DNA of 32,000 nt from assembly GCF_000025505.1 (NCBI RefSeq), contig NC_013849.1:780001-812000 (forward strand), written 5' to 3'. This stretch comes from Ferroglobus placidus DSM 10642. GTDB lineage: Archaea; Halobacteriota; Archaeoglobi; Archaeoglobales; Archaeoglobaceae. A program made the translations under genes and the position numbers. Numbering within the stretch: the first letter of the stretch is position 1; the number at the start of each line of letters is the position of its first letter. Below, piece by piece: positions 25,708-32,000 of the stretch. A model generated the notes under the pieces. That model was given only the letters and a program-made list of their open reading frames with translations. It made no database searches and was not told where the DNA came from.

Positions 25708-28069
25708 AGTACTGGACCCTCCCGCCTTTTTCTACCTTAACCTTAACGTAGTACTCCTTGTTTTGCTTAAACTTCCAAGCAGGTGGCTTTAAAGAGCTTC
25801 CAACATCTGTACCTTCAGTTATAATTAAATCCGCGCCGCCATTTGTTTTAACTATCGAAAACTCGAATTTTCCGTCAGAGTCGGTTTTACCTTTTATCCC
25901 GGAGTAAACGACTTTTCCTTCGTTGTCAGTGATGTTCACCTCCACGGAAGCATTAGAAAGCGGGATCTCGATTAGTTTGTTCTCCTGATAGCTCTCCCAG
26001 AAACGCATCTTCACCTTAACGTAATTATCACCAGTGTCTACTTCTATCTTTCCCTCCCACTCCGCACCTTCTCCCGGCGTGCTTACAACGTTTTGAAACG
26101 TTACCGTCACGACACTTTCAGCCGTTTCGTTACCCCTCCTTCCGACAGCTTTGAGAGTGTGAGAGCCGTCCGAGAAAGCGGTCGTGTTCAAAGTTATTTC
26201 CCAGTAGCCGGTAGTTGCGTTAAACGTAAATTCTCCGACGTAAGCTGAGTCGACGTAGAAACTAACGCTTGAGGCGTTGGAGGAAACTTGAATGGTTTCG
26301 TTTCCACTCAAAATAGCGCCGTTAGTTGGAGAGACAAATTCGATGTAAAGCTGAGAGCTGCCAATCGTGTAGAATTCCGGAGGAGTGTAGTTGTACATGG
26401 CTTTTTTCAAAGTGTACTTCAAATTTTTAACGAATTCCGAGGAACCGTCGTTATATTTAATCGTCATATCGAGAGTTAGAGTGTATTCCGGAATTATTTT
26501 TGCGGCTGTAGCGAGCATAAAAGCGTCGAAAACCAGCATGATTCTCTCCGGTGTATAGCGGTTGACTGCTTCAGAATAACTCTGGTTGTGCCCTCCCATG
26601 TAGATTAGATGACCCTTTTCAAAGGGTGCGTAAGCGAGTATTATCGCATCACTTAAAGCGGTTGAGTTTATCAATGGAACGGTCTCAGGGTTATGTGCAG
26701 TAAGAAGCTTGAATCCTGGCGTGTGACCCCCTCTTGGAGCTACAAAACCATCTTGAGTGTAAGTCTGCGATATAAATAGGGTTGCGTTGTTGAAAAAGAT
26801 TGTGTCGAGAATTTTCCCCTCATTACTTTTAACTACATCCTTCTCATTCTTTGATAGTGGTTTGACGCCAACGAAACCGTACCAAGGGTGTAGATTCCCA
26901 TCTACCTTCTCGATCGTCGCATCCACGCTTTCAACACCGTAGCATTCCACGTGGTAAACTCCTCCGTTTTCGACCCACTTGAGTATCTTCCAAGCTGCAG
27001 TGTCTGTTAAATTTTTAGACGGATCGTAAGCTTCACTTATATCCGTGTGAGGTGTGAAAAGAAGATCTATGTTGTCCAAAGCTCCTCTTTCTATCTCCGT
27101 CGTATTTAATAGTGTGAACTCGCGATTCGTCAAACCAGCAGAATAAAAGTAGTTTTCCAAAATTTCGATGTTCGTCTGATCCTCAGGATACAACCCGATT
27201 CTCGGAGCTCCTATTATGTAAGCGTTCCACTCGTAAGTGAAACCTTCTTCTAACTCGTAAACGTCCAAGCCCAAATTTCTGGCTTCCTCTAAAATCATTT
27301 GCTTCAACGTGTTGTTTAAATCTTCGGCTTTAACAACAAAAGGTCCTCCCTTCAACTCCAGAAACTTTACCTCTCCGCTTACCAAAGTTCCGTTCTTACC
27401 GTCGACAACCTTTCTCGCTTTAACTGTAACGCTATAAGGTATTCCGTACGGGTCGTTGATATCGTCTCTATCTTTCCCTCTCGGATCTTCGAGAACTCTG
27501 TAAGTTGGAATCAAGTAATTGTCGAGAGCTGTGGCATTTTCATCTCTGTCGTTGAGAATTCTGTAAACAAGCCCGAAAACTCTCGCAGCCATCCAGTCGT
27601 TGTCTGAAGAAGAATCGTTCAAAAACCACTGGTTATCATCTACTGGAATTACCAGACTACCTGCTTTGTACGTGACGTTCTTTACCATGTAAACATTACT
27701 TCCCCTCGTGCTGATGTTGTAAGTTCTCTCAATCTTGGTCGATGAGAAGTTTATTTCAACATCCAAAGCCACCCCGTAATCAGCGTAAACTTTCTCAAGA
27801 AGATTCGTTAGATTCGTCAGGTGGTACTTCAAAACCTTATTAGCCTCGTTTAAATCGAGATTTTTTCGTTCGACGTAATCTAAAATTTTCAACGCGTTTT
27901 GCTCGTAGAGGTTTACAACGTCCCCGAACCTCAAAGTCTGCTGCGGTTTTTCTACTGCTGGATAGTTCAGACTCAAAAGAATGTTGTTAGCCAGTACAAC
28001 TATTATCGCCAAGCCAACAGCCATTATGAAAGCTGCAAGCAGCATTATCTGGGCTTTTACATCTTCCAT
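25682..28069 (-). CDS. Large (795 aa) N-terminally anchored multidomain surface protein with Ig-like/CnaB-like C-terminal modules
   Basis: MEDVKAQIMLLAAFIMAVGLAIIVVL; GATase-like central region; TNGAILSGNETIQVSSNASSVSFYVDSAYVGEF...SDGSHTLKAVG (Ig-like); VNITDNEGKVVYSGIKGKTDSDGKFEFSI (CnaB/transthyretin-like). Confidence 0.78.
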   Translation of the reverse strand: MEDVKAQIMLLAAFIMAVGLAIIVVLANNILLSLNYPAVEKPQQTLRFGDVVNLYEQNALKILDYVERKNLDLNEANKVLKYHLTNLTNLLEKVYADYGVALDVEINFSSTKIERTYNISTRGSNVYMVKNVTYKAGSLVIPVDDNQWFLNDSSSDNDWMAARVFGLVYRILNDRDENATALDNYLIPTYRVLEDPRGKDRDDINDPYGIPYSVTVKARKVVDGKNGTLVSGEVKFLELKGGPFVVKAEDLNNTLKQMILEEARNLGLDVYELEEGFTYEWNAYIIGAPRIGLYPEDQTNIEILENYFYSAGLTNREFTLLNTTEIERGALDNIDLLFTPHTDISEAYDPSKNLTDTAAWKILKWVENGGVYHVECYGVESVDATIEKVDGNLHPWYGFVGVKPLSKNEKDVVKSNEGKILDTIFFNNATLFISQTYTQDGFVAPRGGHTPGFKLLTAHNPETVPLINSTALSDAIILAYAPFEKGHLIYMGGHNQSYSEAVNRYTPERIMLVFDAFMLATAAKIIPEYTLTLDMTIKYNDGSSEFVKNLKYTLKKAMYNYTPPEFYTIGSSQLYIEFVSPTNGAILSGNETIQVSSNASSVSFYVDSAYVGEFTFNATTGYWEITLNTTAFSDGSHTLKAVGRRGNETAESVVTVTFQNVVSTPGEGAEWEGKIEVDTGDNYVKVKMRFWESYQENKLIEIPLSNASVEVNITDNEGKVVYSGIKGKTDSDGKFEFSIVKTNGGADLIITEGTDVGSSLKPPAWKFKQNKEYYVKVKVEKGGRVQYFEKKFKFD

Positions 28070-28632
28070 ATTGTCAGTCTCACCTCCAAAACGTTGTAAA
28101 GCTCGGAGGTGTTGCCGTCAACGTTGAAGGTTAGAGCTTTAATTCCCTGATTTGAACCGTCGGAATCGTAGATCGTCAAAACTTTCGAAACCGTCACAGC
28201 GTTATCGGAGGGATAGCCGTTCCAGACGAAAGGAATTGTAACAAAATCTATTGTTCCGTTAGCTGCGTCGAATTTGAAGTATCCTATCTCTATGTTGTAC
28301 GCTATTCCCTCTTTTTCGAATGTCTGATTGAGTATTGCTTTTAACCTTTCAGAGCCGGGATAGCTTTCAACGCCCCCGTACATAGTTTCTCCATCCCAGA
28401 AGAGCAAAGCCTCCTTTAGTGGAGAATACCTTTCTGCAAGAGATTCATACGTTATGGCGTTGATTACGTCCACCCCGTACTTTTCCAAGGCGTTTTCAAC
28501 TTGGATGTTAGCTGCTGAGGAGGTAAGAGGAGTGAGAGGGACGGCAAAGACAATTAGAAGGATGACTAATGTTAAAATTACCAGAGACATCATCGCTTCG
28601 AAAGTGAAGGTTTGAGCCCTTAAGTTCACCAA
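28057..28632 (-). CDS. Pilin-like N-terminally anchored protein
   Basis: MVNLRAQTFTFEAMMSLVILTLVILLIVFAV... Confidence 0.68.
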   Translation of the reverse strand: MVNLRAQTFTFEAMMSLVILTLVILLIVFAVPLTPLTSSAANIQVENALEKYGVDVINAITYESLAERYSPLKEALLFWDGETMYGGVESYPGSERLKAILNQTFEKEGIAYNIEIGYFKFDAANGTIDFVTIPFVWNGYPSDNAVTVSKVLTIYDSDGSNQGIKALTFNVDGNTSELYNVLEVRLTIWKM

Positions 28633-29054
28633 ACCGCCACCTCCAGAAAGTATCTTTCGGATGTCTGATAAGTGGAAATCACCCTTCTCGTAAATCCCAC
28701 GTCAACATTCTCAGGAATTTTTTCGCCGAAACTAATAATCGTGTTTCCGCTCATATCTTTTAGAGTCACGTTCACTTTATATCTGCCTCCGGTTAACTCG
28801 GAGAGGTCTGCGTAACTTAAATACTGGACGAGCTTCGTTAGATTCACCGCTCCGAAAGCTTTCACGGCACTTTCTTCTGTGAAGTTAAGTATTAAGTACT
28901 CGGAAATCGATTCAGCCAAGTACTGAACGTCGAGCCTCTCTTTTGACAGAGGAGCAACTATGTTCATCGAAAGGTAAAAAACTATATAAACGACTCCCAA
29001 GAATATCAACACTCCACCGATGTAATCGATGCTGAGTTGAGCCCTCGAATCCAC
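28626..29054 (-). CDS. Pilin-like N-terminally anchored protein, first gene of the cluster
   Basis: MDSRAQLSIDYIGGVLIFLGVVYIVFYLSMNIVAP... Confidence 0.68.
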   Translation of the reverse strand: MDSRAQLSIDYIGGVLIFLGVVYIVFYLSMNIVAPLSKERLDVQYLAESISEYLILNFTEESAVKAFGAVNLTKLVQYLSYADLSELTGGRYKVNVTLKDMSGNTIISFGEKIPENVDVGFTRRVISTYQTSERYFLEVAVW

Positions 29055-29138
29055 GTTAATAGCCTCTGCGAAGATAATATTTAACGTTATCTTAAATTTT
29101 TGTATTCACAGATAGAAAACAGAAGAGGGTGGTGTAAG

Positions 29139-30140
29139 ATGATTAAAGTCGGAATAGTGGGAGGAACCGGCTACACTGGAGGGGAGCTTTTAAGAATTCT
29201 TTCAACGCATCCTGAGGCTGAAGTTGTCGCTGTAAGCTCGAGAAAAGACGTTGGAAGGAAAATTCACGAAGTTCATCCCCATCTAAAAGGCTTTTACGAT
29301 ATCGAGTTCGTTCTGCCGGAGCTTAAAAACTTCGATGAATGCGACGTCGTTTTTACAGCCGTGCCTCACGGTGAGGCGATGAATTACGTTCCTCAGTTCC
29401 TGGAGGTAGGAATTAAAGTTATCGACCTCTCGGCAGATTACAGATTGAAAAAGGAGGTTTACGAGGAAGTTTACGGAAAAAAGCACGATGCTTATTTTGA
29501 AGCCGTTTACGGCTTGACGGAGCTTCACAGAGAAGAGATAAAGAAAGCTAAACTTGTGGCGAATCCAGGATGCTATCCGACGGGAGCGATTTTAGCTGCA
29601 GCTCCTTTAGCTGAAAAGGAACTGATAGAAAGAGTAGTCTTCGATTCTAAAAGCGGAATAACCGGAGCTGGAGCTTCTCCGACAGATTTCACGCATTTCC
29701 CCAACCTTCACGAGTCGATAGTTCCTTACAAAATAACCGACCACCGCCACTACTACGAGATGCTTCAAGAGTTGAAAGCTCTGCAAGAGGACATAAGAAT
29801 ATCTTTCACCCCTCAGGTTTTCCCCGGGTCGAGAGGAATTTTAACGAACGCCCACATCTTTCTCAGAGGAGACCTCGAAGAGGGGGAAATCAAGAAGATT
29901 TACGAGAAGTTCTACGAAGGATGTAAATTTATAAGGTTTCAGGAGAGCGTTAAGCTGATCTACGTTAGGGGAAGCAACTTCTGCGACATATCGATTCACA
30001 AGGGAAAAGACAGAGCTGTGATAATTTCGGCTATAGACAACCTCGTGAAGGGGGCGAGCGGACAAGCGGTTCAGAACATGAACGTCATGTTCGGGCTGGA
30101 GGAGGATGAGGGTTTGAATTACCCGCCGCTGTTCCCATGA
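29139..30140 (+). CDS. argC: N-acetyl-gamma-glutamyl-phosphate reductase (ArgC; possibly also LysY function)
   Basis: MIKVGIVGGTGYTGGELLRILSTHPEAEVVAVSSRKDVG; catalytic VANPGCYPTGAILAAAPL. Real start ATG 29139 rather than 29100. Confidence 0.95.
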   Translation: MIKVGIVGGTGYTGGELLRILSTHPEAEVVAVSSRKDVGRKIHEVHPHLKGFYDIEFVLPELKNFDECDVVFTAVPHGEAMNYVPQFLEVGIKVIDLSADYRLKKEVYEEVYGKKHDAYFEAVYGLTELHREEIKKAKLVANPGCYPTGAILAAAPLAEKELIERVVFDSKSGITGAGASPTDFTHFPNLHESIVPYKITDHRHYYEMLQELKALQEDIRISFTPQVFPGSRGILTNAHIFLRGDLEEGEIKKIYEKFYEGCKFIRFQESVKLIYVRGSNFCDISIHKGKDRAVIISAIDNLVKGASGQAVQNMNVMFGLEEDEGLNYPPLFP

Positions 30141-30853
30141 GCTGCGAAGACGCTTTGAAGGAAATAGCCAGGAAAAAGCTCCTCTTCGGAAAAGATCTCG
30201 TGAAGAAAGTGGTGGAGTGCGAGGATGCTCCAGAGCTTGTGGTGAAACTCGCCGACGAGCTTGATGAGATCAGCGATGGATGGTTTTCCGTTCACGCGAT
30301 CTTCATACTCTCGATAATCGGAAACGACAGAGCTTTCGAAGCTCTGAAGCACATAGTGTCGACGAGAGACCTCGGAGACTTTACAGTCGAGGACTTACCC
30401 TACTTGTTCGCGAGGTTTGAAGGAAAAGCGAGTGAGCTGAAGGAGATCGTGGAAAACGAGAATTTCGACGTTTTCGTAAGACTCGCGGCTTTCAAGGCTT
30501 TAATGCATTTAAGTAGGGAAGACGCCGAACTCGTTGCGGAGAAACTCCTCGAAGAAGTAAAAAAGAAAAAGGACGAGAGCTGCGTCTTTCTCATGTACAT
30601 TTCAGCTCTCGGAGGGAAGTTCAGGGAGGAGTGTTTAAAGCTCGCCGAGGATTGCGAAATTCACCCAGAAGATCTTCTAACTGAACTCGATTTCAGACTC
30701 GAAGATCCCTGGGAGCACTTCAGCCCCGAAAGCCTTCTGAGGCTTTACAAAATCAACTACGGGAAGCTAAACTTCGATAAATACGCTCCGTGTTTTTGCG
30801 GCTCGGGAAAGAAGTTCAAGTTCTGCTGCTACGAAGTCTGGAAGAGGATATAG
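30137..30853 (+). CDS. HEAT-like repeat protein with C-terminal SEC-C zinc motif
   Basis: ALKHIV.../RLAAFKALMHLS helical repeats; C-terminal APCFCGSGKKFKFCC (SEC-C). Confidence 0.78.
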   Translation: MSCEDALKEIARKKLLFGKDLVKKVVECEDAPELVVKLADELDEISDGWFSVHAIFILSIIGNDRAFEALKHIVSTRDLGDFTVEDLPYLFARFEGKASELKEIVENENFDVFVRLAAFKALMHLSREDAELVAEKLLEEVKKKKDESCVFLMYISALGGKFREECLKLAEDCEIHPEDLLTELDFRLEDPWEHFSPESLLRLYKINYGKLNFDKYAPCFCGSGKKFKFCCYEVWKRI

Positions 30854-30857
30854 AAGG

Positions 30858-31940
30858 CTATCCGGACTCGATTCTTTCGAGCAGCTCTTTAGGAAGAAAG
30901 CTCTTAACGAACTCGTAAACTTTTGGAGAAACCCAGACCACTCTTTTCCATCCACCTTCCCCCTTCAAAAAGCTTGGAGATTTTAGATAAGCGAAGCTAA
31001 CTCCAGCAAACCCCTCCACTTGCCAACCAGCTATCAATTTCTCCATCTCTTCGAAAGTCAAGCCGACGGGAGTCTTCTTTTTGTACTCTCTGTCCACGAT
31101 TCCAAAGCCGTCTTTTTCCGGAATGTAGAAAACTATGGTTTCGGCAAAATTTCCGGCTAAAGGAGGATTTTCGAGAACTCTGTGAAGCTTTACTCTCTCG
31201 ACTTTTCCTTCCGTCATTTCTTTCACAGCCTCGTTAACTCCCGAGTACTCCCCTTCTTTCTCGCTGATCACCTCTCCCTTCTCTATGGGAAAGTAGTACT
31301 CCACGACCTTCAGCTCTTCAGCATTCCTAGCCTCTGCATAAGTCGTTCCGCAAGGCGAAGGTCTTTCCGGAGTTATCACGCAGACGTGGTTCGGCAGGTA
31401 AACCTGACAAGATTTGCAGCCGTAAAATCTATCAACGCTTATCTCTTTCAGCTCTCTTAACCTTTCCTCTCTCTTTTTATGAATTTCCTCAGCCCTTTTC
31501 TTCAACTTCTCGAATTCTTCCCTCTCGCAAACTATTCTGACTTTAACCGATTTTACAGCGGGAATAGACTTTACTGCTTCGTAAATAACTTTAGCGACGC
31601 ACTCCGCCGAAAACTTCTCTTCAGCTTCTTTGGAAATTTTTATCAAAGCCCTCTCCTTTCTGAAGGAGTAAGATACACCCTTCATCCTGTTTATCACTTC
31701 TCCAAAGAGACTCTCTATTGCTGAAGCCGCATCGTCGCTTATTCCGGAAACGAGAACGTGAATTCCCATCACGTCACCAAGCTCACCCAATACTTCGATC
31801 CCATCCCCCTCTCCGACTTCGACGAGCTCCACGACTCTGATCTCCTTTCCCTCAACTCTCTCTCCGGAAAAAAGTTCGCTCATCTCCAAGCAATCAGCTT
31901 TCACGTCTATTTTCTCCGGATCTATGTAGCGGTGGATCAT
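30858..31940 (-). CDS. Acetyl-CoA synthase/decarbonylase beta-subunit (CdhC/AcsB)-like protein, short and lacking the Ni-binding CGC motif
   Basis: YGCKSCQVYLPNHVCVITPERPSPCG; GEYSGVNEAVKEMTEGKVERVKLHRVLENPPLAGNFAETIVFYIPEKDGFGIVDREY; QVEGFAGVSFAYLKSPSFLKGEGGWKRVVW. Confidence 0.85.
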   Translation of the reverse strand: MIHRYIDPEKIDVKADCLEMSELFSGERVEGKEIRVVELVEVGEGDGIEVLGELGDVMGIHVLVSGISDDAASAIESLFGEVINRMKGVSYSFRKERALIKISKEAEEKFSAECVAKVIYEAVKSIPAVKSVKVRIVCEREEFEKLKKRAEEIHKKREERLRELKEISVDRFYGCKSCQVYLPNHVCVITPERPSPCGTTYAEARNAEELKVVEYYFPIEKGEVISEKEGEYSGVNEAVKEMTEGKVERVKLHRVLENPPLAGNFAETIVFYIPEKDGFGIVDREYKKKTPVGLTFEEMEKLIAGWQVEGFAGVSFAYLKSPSFLKGEGGWKRVVWVSPKVYEFVKSFLPKELLERIESG

Positions 31941-31965
31941 TTCCAGTTGCTCCTATCCTCTGAAA

Positions 31966-32000
31966 ATGAAAGTTGCGGAAGTCGTTAATACTCTCAATAA
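31966..32000 (+). CDS. Start of a plus-strand gene truncated by the window; only MKVAEVVNTLN visible (Nif3-like start is a guess)
   Basis: ATG at 31966, open to the window end, divergent from the CdhC-like gene. Confidence 0.25.
   Translation, partial: MKVAEVVNTLN

Noticed and set aside
29100-29138. 13-aa N-terminal extension of ArgC (MYSQIENRRGWCK)
   Set aside because: Family proteins start at MIKVGIVGGTGYTG; ATG 29139 is preceded by GGGTGGTG, an SD-like sequence.
1-32000. CRISPR arrays, rRNA, intact transposons or complete prophage
   Set aside because: No regularly spaced repeats, rRNA signature, transposase ORF or structural phage gene seen; the only mobile trace is the scar at 12773..14638.

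Overview
This window looks like chromosome from an Archaeoglobales-like (Archaeoglobus/Ferroglobus type) euryarchaeon. That is inferred from remembered family resemblance only; no search was run. Most of it is compact housekeeping DNA: alaS (5' part, minus strand, absent from the ORF track), a 2-oxoacid:ferredoxin oxidoreductase operon (gamma-delta-alpha-beta) running into IMPase/FBPase, NAD kinase and aroE, an archaeal histone, NAC, trmI, a psmB / aCPSF1 / mobB / small ORF / hemD run, L10e, ribB-ribK, and argC. Points of most interest: (1) a short CdhC/AcsB-like (acetyl-CoA synthase beta) protein at 30858..31940 that keeps the CX2CX8CX9C iron-sulfur ligand string but has A-G-N where the nickel-binding C-G-C is expected; (2) a tightly overlapping six-gene minus-strand cluster (23227..29054) in which every protein starts with a basic residue, then G/A, then a hydrophobic segment, like a class III (prepilin-type) signal, including one 795-aa multidomain protein; (3) an integration scar, in which a decayed tyrosine-recombinase C-terminal remnant begins at an exact 20-nt copy of the anticodon-arm region of the nearby tRNA-Leu(CAA), with a RHH/PIN toxin-antitoxin pair and a decayed DUF365-like gene between the two copies; (4) a 4-hydroxybutyryl-CoA dehydratase-like flavoenzyme with all four cluster ligands apparently kept, divergent from an unusual radical SAM protein; (5) a LysW-like zinc ribbon ending in an extreme acidic tail; (6) a likely non-canonical or misplaced start codon on the oxidoreductase gamma subunit. 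No CRISPR array or complete mobile element was seen.
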